Shown piece after piece: positions 1-9,312 of a stretch of 60,628 nt of DNA. The DNA lies in the IMG/VR virus record IMGVR_UViG_3300010157_000068, positions 1 through 60,628 of that record; one strand, given 5' to 3'. Numbering within the stretch: position 1 is the stretch's first letter; the number at the start of each line of letters is the position of its first letter. The DNA comes from a virus. Its lineage: Duplodnaviria > Caudoviricetes. The notes beneath the pieces were generated by a model. That model ran no database searches. It was not told where the DNA came from and saw only the letters and a program-made list of their open reading frames with translations. Position numbers and translations under genes: made by a program.

Positions 1-105
1 ACCTTTGTTTGTGGAGATTCAAATTCTCATAGTATATTACCTATAAATGTATTAAGAGTGTTTTCATCAGGTACAGATTTAGTAAACCTTATAGCCCTTT
101 GGTAG
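1..105 (+). CDS. 3' end of the hypothetical virion-associated protein that starts at 60259
   Basis: Frame 1 reads TFVCGDSNSHSILPINVLRVFSSGTDLVNLIALW* with TAG at 103-105, immediately before the ATG at 107. Confidence 0.7.
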   Translation, partial: TFVCGDSNSHSILPINVLRVFSSGTDLVNLIALW

Positions 106-106
106 T

Positions 107-550
107 ATGAATTTAATTAGTACAAACTGGGAGATTATAGTAGGAGCTATAGGGTTGTTATCTGCTCCGTTTGCATGGTTTTTTGGTGGAAGGCAGTCTA
201 AGAATGTAGAGATAAAGAACTCGTCAGCAGACTTTATAGAGAAGATGCAGGGAATCTACGACAAGTGGGTCGAGGACGGAGATAAAAAACAGGCCGAGCT
301 AAAGCAGGAGATAGATCTTTTAAAGGCCGAGATGGCCGAGATGAGAAAGCATGAAAGAGACATCCAGAAACAGTTTAATAACATTCAACTTTCGTATGCT
401 AAGGAGGTGGAGATGTCTCAGAACTGGGAGAAGCTTCACAGAGACCTTTTAGCTAAGTACAACAATCTTGAGCAGGCTCATGAGGATCTTAAACAGTTCT
501 GTAATAAATTAAAGGCCGAGCTAGACAAGCATAAAAAAGATACCAAGTAA
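107..550 (+). CDS. Putative holin-like protein (one TM segment plus coiled coil)
   Basis: N-terminal hydrophobic segment, long coiled coil, stop overlaps the endolysin start. Confidence 0.5.
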   Translation: MNLISTNWEIIVGAIGLLSAPFAWFFGGRQSKNVEIKNSSADFIEKMQGIYDKWVEDGDKKQAELKQEIDLLKAEMAEMRKHERDIQKQFNNIQLSYAKEVEMSQNWEKLHRDLLAKYNNLEQAHEDLKQFCNKLKAELDKHKKDTK

Positions 551-1041
551 TGAGAACAGGCTCTGCAGGAATAAAACTTATAAAGGGCTTTGAATCACTT
601 CATGACGGAGACCTAACACATATAGGTCTTCAGCCAAAGATGGATCCGAGAGGGATATGGACCGAGGGGTACGGCCGAGCAATGCGAGATAGCTCAGGAA
701 ACTTCTTGATAGGAGCCAAAGACAAGGCAGAGGCATACAAGAACATAACCATACATACCGAGTCCGAAGCAGAAAAAGCCTTGCTAAGAGATCTAGGGCC
801 AAGGGAAAATGTCGTTATTCAAAAGGTAAAAGTTCCTCTTACACAGAACCAGTTTGACGCTCTAGTATCTTACACTTACAACACAGGAGGTTCTGACACG
901 CTGTTTAAGCTTATAAATAAAAAGGCTCCAGAGGATCAGATAAAGAAATGGTTTGAGACTAAGTACGTTACATCTGGAGGCGTTTCTTTGCTAGGGTTAG
1001 TAAAGAGAAGGAAGGCAGAGTCTAATTTATTTTTTAGTTAA
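550..1041 (+). CDS. Endolysin, GH24 phage lysozyme
   Basis: GIKLIKGFE, DPRGIWTEGYG, LTQNQFDALVSYTYNTG and GLVKRRKAE motifs. Confidence 0.92.
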   Translation: MRTGSAGIKLIKGFESLHDGDLTHIGLQPKMDPRGIWTEGYGRAMRDSSGNFLIGAKDKAEAYKNITIHTESEAEKALLRDLGPRENVVIQKVKVPLTQNQFDALVSYTYNTGGSDTLFKLINKKAPEDQIKKWFETKYVTSGGVSLLGLVKRRKAESNLFFS

Positions 1042-1042
1042 T

Positions 1043-1336
1043 ATGATAAATGTATTTAAAATTATAGACTTTATCAAGTCTCAATGGCTTGGGTTTATTG
1101 TTATAGCGCTTTGGATAATATTTTTGATTGTGTTTAGTAATAAAAAAACAGTAAGCAAGGAAGAAAAAAAAATAGAGCTTAACAAGTATCGTATAGACTC
1201 TGCTGTAAAGAATATAAAATCTATAGACACAAAGATTAAACTCATAAAGGTTAAGGGTGATGAAAAAATTAAATATATTGATACTATGTCTGTTAGCGAG
1301 CTTCAAAGTTACTTCTCAGATAGATACAAAAAATAA
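1043..1336 (+). CDS. Membrane-anchored lysis accessory protein (i-spanin-like)
   Basis: One N-terminal TM helix then a coiled region. Follows the endolysin and overlaps the next ORF. Confidence 0.45.
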   Translation: MINVFKIIDFIKSQWLGFIVIALWIIFLIVFSNKKTVSKEEKKIELNKYRIDSAVKNIKSIDTKIKLIKVKGDEKIKYIDTMSVSELQSYFSDRYKK

Positions 1337-1679
1337 ATACGTAGTACTTACTGAGAGACAAGCCAAGTCAATAATAAAAGACCTGTCTAGGTATGACGAC
1401 TTAGTTAAGGTAGACTCCCTCAAAGATAAAAAGATATCAGAACTGGAAGACATATCATGCGCAAAGGATGATATAATAAAAGAAAAGGATAAAATTATAA
1501 CTAAATCAAGCAGGGCCAAGTTTGGATTGTTTGCTGGACTACAGTATATAAACACTAGCAAGGTTCAGCCGTATATGTCATGCATGTTACAGTTTAAAAA
1601 AGTAAACGTATCGGCGAGGTATTACATTATTTCAGATAATATAAGGTATAGTATAAACGTTGAATATAAGATATTTTAA
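1257..1679 (+). CDS. Secreted or outer-membrane lysis accessory protein (spanin-like)
   Basis: Signal peptide, coiled coil and amphipathic beta-strands ending in YKIF. Confidence 0.4.
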   Translation: MMKKLNILILCLLASFKVTSQIDTKNKYVVLTERQAKSIIKDLSRYDDLVKVDSLKDKKISELEDISCAKDDIIKEKDKIITKSSRAKFGLFAGLQYINTSKVQPYMSCMLQFKKVNVSARYYIISDNIRYSINVEYKIF

Positions 1680-4600
1680 TGACAAGGATAAGCTCATACG
1701 TTGTAGACAACAATATATACGGTAACGATAAGTGGATAGGGTCTGACGCTCAGAACAATCTTATAACCAAGAACTTCACACCTAATAACTTAGCTAACTT
1801 TTTTAATAACAATAACGTAATAGATATAGGTACGTCTATACGTTACAGGTACCAAACGCTTGATGTTGGAGAGTCTAGATCTCAAGGAACAATATCTTTT
1901 GAGACAGAGATTGGCCCACAGGTTAATTTTTCTTCTATTACCACATTTCTTCTTGCAAAAAATACCTTAAAACAGAACGATGTTTCTAGCTACCTGAATT
2001 TTTTAGTGGGAAGCTACACTATAATATCTAAGGCTAGTAACATAAATGTATTTGGATACTACAAGATAACATCTATAGAGCCTTGGATACCTAATCCAAA
2101 CTTCTTTGTGGTAAACGTAGAGTTTATTGACGGTAACGGATTTATATACGAGGACCTCGACTACCTAATAAGTTTGGTTGATAAACAAACCGGAGGTGGT
2201 GGATCTCCAACCGGGCCAGCCGGAGGTGATCTTTTAGGTGATTATCCAAACCCTTCCGTTAACTGGATTAATGGTGAATCAACTTATAATGATTTATACT
2301 ACCCATTATCGAGTAACCCAGCAGGTTATTTAACATCTGCAACGATACCAATCCCTACATTACAAGAAGTAACAACTTCAGGCAACACAACAACTAATGA
2401 AATAAAAAGTACCAATCTTATAATCTCAACTAACACAATAGCTTCTCTTTTTGATGAATCAGGACACGGGACTGGTTTAAATCCTACGAGTATACAGCTT
2501 GCAACAAACACTTCTTTGTTTGCAAATGCATTTATACAATCAGATAACATATTGGTTGATGAAATATTTCAACTACCAGCTAAGGGAGGATTTGGAGGGA
2601 CTTTTGCAATGACAAGTGATATACCTTCTGTAACTGGATTTGTACCATATACAGGAGCGACTGGAAATGTTGACATAGGAAACAATGATTTATACTTAGC
2701 TAAGCTTTGGCTGTATGACGAACCAAATAACGGATACGGGTCTGTACATTTAACGGATGGAGTTTTCCATGTTGAGGATATAGATGGCCATTCGATGATA
2801 ACTTTTGAGGATCAGTTTTTTACGTTTGCAAAAACATCCTCTATAAGGGCGTTATTAGACCTAAGCAATTTAACTGTAAACAGGGATTATTTATTTCCTA
2901 ACCAATCAGGAACTATTGCATTAACGAGTGATATACCTTCATTATCTGGTTACGTTCCAACGACAAGAACATTGACTATCAATGGGACTAATTATGATTT
3001 ATCAGCAAATAGATCATGGTCAGTAGGAGATTTATTCTCTTCAGGAAGTTACGCAAACCCATCTTGGATAACATCACTAGCCTATAGTAAATTAACAGGA
3101 GCGCCGACAATACCAACAGTTACACCCTCTGCTCTTACAAAGGTAGACGATACAAATGTAACCCTTACTTTAGGGGGTAGTCCTTCTACATCTTTACTAG
3201 CAGGAGTGTCTTTAACTCTTGGGTGGACAGGCACATTAGCAGATAGTAGAATATCTTCAGCAACAAATTGGAATACAGCATATACAAATAGAATAACGTC
3301 TTTAACTACGACAGGAAGTGGTTCTGCTACATTAGTATCTAATGTATTGAACATACCTACGCCTCCTTCTGCAACATTTACATCTCTTACAACTACAGGT
3401 TCATCAGGAGCTTCAACATTATTATCAGGAGTATTAAATGTTCCAACGTATACATTGAGTGGGCTAGGTGGACAGCCTTTAGCAACAAATCTTACATCAT
3501 TAAGTGGATTATCTTATGTTTCTAATTCATTTGTAAAAATGACGGCATCAGGTACATTTACTTTAGATACAAATTCTTATTATTCAAGCACTAATCCAAG
3601 TAATTTTATTGCATTAACAGCGTTATCATCTACTGCTACAGGACTTACATATACAAATACAACAGGAGTTTTTAGCTTGACAAGTGGTTATTTTATTCCT
3701 ACCACAGCTAGTTATAACAATACAAATTGGGACACTGCATATACAGATAGAAATAAATGGGATGGAGGAGCAACAGGATTAGTTGCTTCAACAGGAAGAA
3801 CATCTTTAGGAGCTACAACAGTTGGAGGTAATTTATTTACTCTAACCAATCCTTCTGCGATTACATTCGTTAGAATTAATGCAGATAATACAGTATCAAC
3901 ATTAGATGCTTCAACATTTAGAACAGCTATTGGTGCAGGTACATCAAGTACAAGTGGAACAGTTACAAGTGTAGCCGCTTTGACATTAGGAACAAGTGGT
4001 ACAGATTTAAGTTCAACAGTGGCTAATGGCACAACGACTCCTGTAATTACATTAAATGTACCTGATGCAAGTGCTACGGCAAGAGGAGTTATAACTGCAT
4101 CAGCTCAAACAATTGCAGGGGCAAAAACATTTTCAACTGCTCCAATATTAAGTTCTTTAACAGCATCTCAATTATTAGCATTAGATGGCAGTGGAAACAT
4201 ACAGTCATTAGCTATTTCAACATATCCAAGTTTAGCAGAGGTATCTTACATTAAGGGCGTTACTAGTTCTGTTCAAACACAACTTGATGCTAAAGCCACT
4301 AAATCAATGGGGGCTTATTCGTTTAGGGTAAACAACACCAACGCAACAGCAAACAGCACCGAGACAACTTATAAGGCTTTAGGCAAACAGACGTTAAGTG
4401 CAACTGGATTAGTATTTACAGGTACAACTGCGCCAAGTGGAACGGCTAACTTATCGTATAACTATACTCAAATAGGTAATACAGTTACGGTTAACTTTAA
4501 GTTATTGTATTCAGTAGCCGGTACATTAATCACTGCAGTATCTATCCCTTTCCCATCTGATTTACCAACCCCTATACAGCCTACAGGATTTACATCAGCA

Positions 4601-4780
4601 AACGAAAAGCTATACATAGGTGTTGGGCAAGTAAGTACAAGTAAAACGGTTGTTTCTGGGACATTAGGAAGCTCAATTATACGTAATAATAATGCAAATA
4701 ATGGTTTTGAATTCGTGATAACTGGTGCAAGCGCTAATGCTATAACTTTAGAAGGAACTGCAACTTATTTTACTTCGTAA
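1679..4780 (+). CDS. Tail fibre / receptor-binding protein
   Basis: 1033 aa, rich in T/S/G, with internal repeats (TSDIPS..G.VP x2, NW.TAY x2, TSLTTTGS..VLN.PT x2). Confidence 0.8.
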   Translation: MTRISSYVVDNNIYGNDKWIGSDAQNNLITKNFTPNNLANFFNNNNVIDIGTSIRYRYQTLDVGESRSQGTISFETEIGPQVNFSSITTFLLAKNTLKQNDVSSYLNFLVGSYTIISKASNINVFGYYKITSIEPWIPNPNFFVVNVEFIDGNGFIYEDLDYLISLVDKQTGGGGSPTGPAGGDLLGDYPNPSVNWINGESTYNDLYYPLSSNPAGYLTSATIPIPTLQEVTTSGNTTTNEIKSTNLIISTNTIASLFDESGHGTGLNPTSIQLATNTSLFANAFIQSDNILVDEIFQLPAKGGFGGTFAMTSDIPSVTGFVPYTGATGNVDIGNNDLYLAKLWLYDEPNNGYGSVHLTDGVFHVEDIDGHSMITFEDQFFTFAKTSSIRALLDLSNLTVNRDYLFPNQSGTIALTSDIPSLSGYVPTTRTLTINGTNYDLSANRSWSVGDLFSSGSYANPSWITSLAYSKLTGAPTIPTVTPSALTKVDDTNVTLTLGGSPSTSLLAGVSLTLGWTGTLADSRISSATNWNTAYTNRITSLTTTGSGSATLVSNVLNIPTPPSATFTSLTTTGSSGASTLLSGVLNVPTYTLSGLGGQPLATNLTSLSGLSYVSNSFVKMTASGTFTLDTNSYYSSTNPSNFIALTALSSTATGLTYTNTTGVFSLTSGYFIPTTASYNNTNWDTAYTDRNKWDGGATGLVASTGRTSLGATTVGGNLFTLTNPSAITFVRINADNTVSTLDASTFRTAIGAGTSSTSGTVTSVAALTLGTSGTDLSSTVANGTTTPVITLNVPDASATARGVITASAQTIAGAKTFSTAPILSSLTASQLLALDGSGNIQSLAISTYPSLAEVSYIKGVTSSVQTQLDAKATKSMGAYSFRVNNTNATANSTETTYKALGKQTLSATGLVFTGTTAPSGTANLSYNYTQIGNTVTVNFKLLYSVAGTLITAVSIPFPSDLPTPIQPTGFTSANEKLYIGVGQVSTSKTVVSGTLGSSIIRNNNANNGFEFVITGASANAITLEGTATYFTS

Positions 4781-4781
4781 T

Positions 4782-4949
4782 ATGGCACATATAATACAGA
4801 AAAATAACGGGGGAGTTTATACAGTAGTAATTACAGACGGTTATACCGACCTAACAACGCACCCTAGTATAGTCGAACACCCCGATTTATTCGAGATTGC
4901 TACGAATGATTTACCAACTGAATATCAACTTTTAAACTACGATGGATAA
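4782..4949 (+). CDS. Small protein (55 aa) after the fibre gene, possible fibre chaperone
   Basis: Manually translated MAHIIQKNNGG...LLNYDG*. Fills the gap exactly. Confidence 0.6.
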   Translation: MAHIIQKNNGGVYTVVITDGYTDLTTHPSIVEHPDLFEIATNDLPTEYQLLNYDG

Positions 4950-5295
4950 AATGACACACACTGATCTAATTATTGATTACATTTTAGGAGGGCTATTAGC
5001 TTTCTCTTTATTGTTAAATAAAATACCTTTAAAATATAAAGGAAAATTCTATGATTTCTTAAGAGAAAATTATCATAAACATATATTTGGCGGAGGTCTT
5101 TATGGGATGGTGCTTAGCACTACATTTACTGGGGTTCCTGTATTTATACAGTTAGTACTGACAATATTTACAACGTGGGCGCTAGGGACATTATGGGAAT
5201 GGCTATGGGGAGCATTTACAGGGTCTAAGGTCGATAATAACGATGTATGGTACGCAGTAGCTGCGGCGATGATTGCCGTAATTTATCATATGTAA
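4942..5295 (+). CDS. Multi-pass membrane protein
   Basis: About four hydrophobic segments, H-x-x-GG and WE motifs. Confidence 0.65.
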   Translation: MDKMTHTDLIIDYILGGLLAFSLLLNKIPLKYKGKFYDFLRENYHKHIFGGGLYGMVLSTTFTGVPVFIQLVLTIFTTWALGTLWEWLWGAFTGSKVDNNDVWYAVAAAMIAVIYHM

Positions 5296-5303
5296 AAAAC
5301 AGC

Positions 5304-5311
5304 TATATTTG
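5304..5311 (+). promoter_or_regulatory. Bacteroidota-type -7 promoter element TATATTTG
   Basis: Matches TAnnTTTG, about 17 nt upstream of the ATG at 5328. Confidence 0.6.
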
Positions 5312-5327
5312 CAATAAAAATATAATC

Positions 5328-5576
5328 ATGAATAAAATTGAAGAACAAGAATTAACGACATTAAGAGATTTAAATTTAAAATTTAACAATCTCAGACAAA
5401 GACTAGCAGACATAGAGATTTCTATTAGAAATTTAGATATGCAAAAAAAGAATGTATTTTCTGACATGGACGAGCTATCTACTTCTTTTAAAAATATAGA
5501 GGCAGATATGCTTGAAAAGTACGGAAAAGTAGAAATTAACTTACAAACAGGAGAAATAAAAGATGACAAGAATTAG
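5328..5576 (+). CDS. Small coiled-coil hypothetical protein
   Basis: MNKIEEQEL...EKYGKVEINLQTGEI. Start re-called after the promoter. Confidence 0.7.
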   Translation: MNKIEEQELTTLRDLNLKFNNLRQRLADIEISIRNLDMQKKNVFSDMDELSTSFKNIEADMLEKYGKVEINLQTGEIKDDKN

Positions 5577-6018
5577 CGAATATCCAGTACTCTCTAATCC
5601 TACAGAGGATGATATATTAATCGGAACCGACAAGAATTCATTTAACGATACTAGAAACTTTAGTATAGGAAGTATTGTTAATCTAGTAGGAAATGGAGGT
5701 AGGCCTTATAACGTATATACTGCACTATTGTCTCAATCAGGAACCGATGATCCATCAGTTAATATTTTAGAAAACACACTAGGAGAAATACCTGTATGGT
5801 CTAGAGATTCAACTGGAAATTATTATTTAGATTCAACATCTAACTTATTCACTGAAAATAAAACTTTTACTACGGTAACTAATAGAGAAGTTCAGACTTT
5901 ACAATTCATATCTGTTCAAGGTCAAACTCAAATTTATCTTGAGCAAATAGAAAGATCTACCGGAACTCATAGAGACAGCATGTCAGAAATACCTGTAGAG
6001 ATAAGAGTTTACAACTAA
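5563..6018 (+). CDS. Short fibre or decoration-type structural protein
   Basis: N-terminus MTRISEY..D..IGTD resembles the N-terminus of the 1679 fibre. Confidence 0.55.
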   Translation: MTRISEYPVLSNPTEDDILIGTDKNSFNDTRNFSIGSIVNLVGNGGRPYNVYTALLSQSGTDDPSVNILENTLGEIPVWSRDSTGNYYLDSTSNLFTENKTFTTVTNREVQTLQFISVQGQTQIYLEQIERSTGTHRDSMSEIPVEIRVYN

Positions 6019-6034
6019 TTTAAACTTAAATCAA

Positions 6035-6256
6035 ATGGAATTAATAAGAAAGATATCTGTTGGCTCGGATTATAAGACAGCTATGCACTATATTGTGGGA
6101 CAAGATGTATTAGATGGGAGCCATAAGATACATCATATATCAAAAAGTAGCGCCACCGGTGATTACGAGATTTGGATAGAAAAGGATGATGAAGTTAAAA
6201 AGTGGAAGAACTTTGAAGGCATGCCTGTGTCTACAGAGAATAATATTAATTTTTAA
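6035..6256 (+). CDS. Hypothetical protein
   Basis: 73-aa ORF coupled to the next gene. Confidence 0.7.
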   Translation: MELIRKISVGSDYKTAMHYIVGQDVLDGSHKIHHISKSSATGDYEIWIEKDDEVKKWKNFEGMPVSTENNINF

Positions 6257-6825
6257 TGAGGTCTCCATTTTACTTTGTCGTTAAGCCCCTCAATGGTAGA
6301 AGGTACGACAACATTAAAAGAATTGGAGATATAGATCTGATCACTAGCGTATCTCAAGAAGACCATACAGTGGCCAATAGGTTTGCAGAGGTATTATCTG
6401 TTCCAAACAATTATAATGGAGATATAACCCCTGGAGATACACTACTGGTTCACCACAATACATTCAAGATTTACTACGATATGAAGGGTCAGGAGAGAAG
6501 CGGAACAAGCTTCTTAAAGGATGACCTATTCTTTGTTGATGATGACCAGTACTTCATGTACAAGCACGACGGAGAGTGGAAAACTCATTCAAAGTACTGC
6601 TTTGTCAAGCCTATAAAAAAAAGAGACTCTTACATTAAAAAAGGAGGGGTATATGAGCCGTTAACAGGAACTATAAAATACTCTAATAAGGAGTTATCTT
6701 CTCTAGGGGTATATGTAGGTGATGAGGTATCTTTTGAGCCTGATAGCGAGTATGAGTTTGAAGTTGACGGAGAAAAACTATACCGAATGTTTACTAAAAA
6801 CATAACTATCAAATGGAACCAATAA
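6256..6825 (+). CDS. Tandem GroES-like (cpn10-fold) protein
   Basis: Two similar units: FVVKP...AEVLSVP...ITPGDTLL and CFVKP...GTIKY...VYVGDEVSF...YEFEVDGEKLYRM. Confidence 0.55.
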   Translation: MRSPFYFVVKPLNGRRYDNIKRIGDIDLITSVSQEDHTVANRFAEVLSVPNNYNGDITPGDTLLVHHNTFKIYYDMKGQERSGTSFLKDDLFFVDDDQYFMYKHDGEWKTHSKYCFVKPIKKRDSYIKKGGVYEPLTGTIKYSNKELSSLGVYVGDEVSFEPDSEYEFEVDGEKLYRMFTKNITIKWNQ

Positions 6826-7088
6826 AGGATATAAAAAGCAGAATCATAGAGGCTGGATATAAGGCAGTTGAAGAACTTATAAAGGTAGCAAGTGATAAGA
6901 TTATAACAGGTAAAGATGATGACTTATCTGCAGATAAATTAAAGAATGCTGCCGCTACAAAACGGCTGGCTATCGAGGATGCGTTTCAAATACTTAGTAG
7001 AATTGAATCTGAAAAAGAACTAATAGATGGTGAGTCAAAACAAAAAGAGCCTTCAATCAAGGGATTTGCAGAGCGAAGATCAACATAA
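6813..7088 (+). CDS. Putative terminase small subunit
   Basis: Small helical protein directly upstream of TerL. Confidence 0.45.
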   Translation: MEPIKDIKSRIIEAGYKAVEELIKVASDKIITGKDDDLSADKLKNAAATKRLAIEDAFQILSRIESEKELIDGESKQKEPSIKGFAERRST

Positions 7089-9312
7089 ATTATATTCTGT
7101 TGTAGAAAATTTTATACCTAATAACGTTCTCTCTATAAAGAATAGAAACAAGTCGTGGGAGTACGGATATGACGACAAGTACGACCTGGTTGTTATATCA
7201 AAGGATGGTACTATAGGTCAGGTGTATAATATAAACGGAATATACATAGCGTTACCTTCCGTCCCAAATATTGTGTATAAAAGGGACCAAAGGAAAGAGG
7301 AGCAGTACTGGGAGGCCTCAGATTACCCTAAAGAACTAGGAAATGTAAAGTCAATATTTCAGTGGCACACGATGTCAAAAGACTTCAAAGCTAAGTGGGT
7401 AGACTACATAGAGACAGAGTTTATAAAGAGAGACGAGGGGATGTTCTTTATGAATAATGGGTCGCCAACTTATATAACCGGAAGTCATTACATGTACCTT
7501 CAGTGGACAAAGATAGATGTCGGCCACCCTGACTTTAGAGAGGCGAACAGGATATTTTTCATTTACTGGGAGGCGTGCAAGGCAGATGACAGGTGCTTCG
7601 GAATGACGTATCTTAAGATCAGGCGTTCAGGTTTTTCATTCATGGCCTCATCGGAGTCTGTTAATGTAGCAACACTTGCAAAAAATGCACGCATTGGAAT
7701 ATGCTCTAAAAAAGGTGAGGACGCTAAGGCGATGTTTACCGACAAGGTGGTTCCTATATCTAGCAACTACCCATTCTTCTTCAAGCCGATCATGGACGGT
7801 ATGGATAAGCCTAAGACAGAGCTTGCGTACAGAGTGCCAGCGGCAAAGATCACCAAGAAGAACATGTACGAGAATGATGAGTCAAACCTTGAGGGTCTTG
7901 ACACATCTATTGACTGGAGTAATACATCTGATAACTCATACGATGGTGAGAAGCTAAGACTTCTTATAGAGGATGAGTCTGGAAAACTAGAGAAGCCGAA
8001 CAATATACTAAACGGATGGCGCGTAAGAAAGACGTGTCTAAGACTTGGTAGCAAAATCATAGGGAAGTGTATGATGGGGTCTACAGTTAACGCTCTAGAC
8101 AAAGGAGGTGCAAACTTTAAAAGCCTGTACGAAGACTCTAAGATATCTACAAGGAACGCTAACGGCCAGACAAAGACAGGACTGTACTCTTTATTTATAC
8201 CTATGGAGTGGAACTTTGAGGGCTACATTGACAGGTACGGGATGCCTGTGTTTAGAAAGCCAGAAGAACCAGTAGTTGGGGTAGATGGAAGGTTAATCAA
8301 GATAGGAGCTATTGACTTCTGGGAGAATGAGGTGGATTCTTTAAAGAGTGATCCTGATGCTCTTAATGAGTTTTACAGGCAGTTCCCAAGGACAGAAGGA
8401 CATGCATTTAGAGATGAGAGCAAGTCATCTATATACAATCTTACTAAGATATACCAGCAGATAGACTATAACGACTCACTTGTGAAGGATAGGGTTCTTA
8501 CAAGGGGATCATTTCACTGGAAGGATGGAAAGCAAGACACAATAGTCGTGTGGACTCCAGATAGTAGGGGTAGGTTCTTAGTGTCTTGGATACCTAACAA
8601 CTCTCTAATAAACAATGTAATAAACAGGGGCGGTATAAAATACCCTGGCAACGAGCATATTGGAGCTTTCGGTTGTGACCCGTATGATATATCAGGAACC
8701 GTTGGAGGGGGTGGGTCCAAGGGGGCTCTTCATGGACTAACTAAATTCAACATGGACGACGCTCCTAGTAATCAGTTCTTCCTTGAATACATAGCAAGGC
8801 CACAGACGGCCGAGATATTTTTTGAAGATGTGCTTATGGCGTGCGTGTTTTACGGAATGCCTGTACTTATAGAGAATAACAAGCAGAGGCTTCTTTATCA
8901 CTTTAAGAATAGGGGGTACAGAGGTTTTTCATTTAATAGACCGGATAAGCCTTCTCATAAGCTTTCTAAGACAGAAAAAGAGCTTGGAGGTATACCTAAC
9001 TCATCTGAAGACGTTAAGCACTCTCACGCGTCAGGAATAGAGTCTTATATAGAAAAGTATGTCGGTCTAGATACAGAAGGTACATACAGGGATCCTGATG
9101 AGATGGGATCCATGTATTTTACTAAGACATTAGAGGATTGGGCCAAGTTTGATATTAATGATAGAACAAAGCATGATGCCTCAATTAGTTCTGGACTAGC
9201 TATTATGGCTACTCAAAGGTACTCATTCTCGCCTGTTAAAAAAGATTCAAAAATAAGTATTAAATTTGCAAGATACAATAACAACGGAAGATACAGCGAA
9301 ATATTAAAATAA
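7027..9312 (+). CDS. terL: Terminase large subunit
   Basis: Walker A variant LKIRRSGFS, Walker B LLIEDESGK, and nuclease motifs GCDPYD, IENNK and HDASISSGLA. True start may be slightly downstream. Confidence 0.88.
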   Translation: MVSQNKKSLQSRDLQSEDQHKLYSVVENFIPNNVLSIKNRNKSWEYGYDDKYDLVVISKDGTIGQVYNINGIYIALPSVPNIVYKRDQRKEEQYWEASDYPKELGNVKSIFQWHTMSKDFKAKWVDYIETEFIKRDEGMFFMNNGSPTYITGSHYMYLQWTKIDVGHPDFREANRIFFIYWEACKADDRCFGMTYLKIRRSGFSFMASSESVNVATLAKNARIGICSKKGEDAKAMFTDKVVPISSNYPFFFKPIMDGMDKPKTELAYRVPAAKITKKNMYENDESNLEGLDTSIDWSNTSDNSYDGEKLRLLIEDESGKLEKPNNILNGWRVRKTCLRLGSKIIGKCMMGSTVNALDKGGANFKSLYEDSKISTRNANGQTKTGLYSLFIPMEWNFEGYIDRYGMPVFRKPEEPVVGVDGRLIKIGAIDFWENEVDSLKSDPDALNEFYRQFPRTEGHAFRDESKSSIYNLTKIYQQIDYNDSLVKDRVLTRGSFHWKDGKQDTIVVWTPDSRGRFLVSWIPNNSLINNVINRGGIKYPGNEHIGAFGCDPYDISGTVGGGGSKGALHGLTKFNMDDAPSNQFFLEYIARPQTAEIFFEDVLMACVFYGMPVLIENNKQRLLYHFKNRGYRGFSFNRPDKPSHKLSKTEKELGGIPNSSEDVKHSHASGIESYIEKYVGLDTEGTYRDPDEMGSMYFTKTLEDWAKFDINDRTKHDASISSGLAIMATQRYSFSPVKKDSKISIKFARYNNNGRYSEILK

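Noticed and set aside
64-70. Other TCATCAG/CTGATGA words (for example about 64, 36228, 50404 and 60483)
   Set aside because: They lie inside coding sequence, without flanking hammerhead stems or a correctly placed GAAA.
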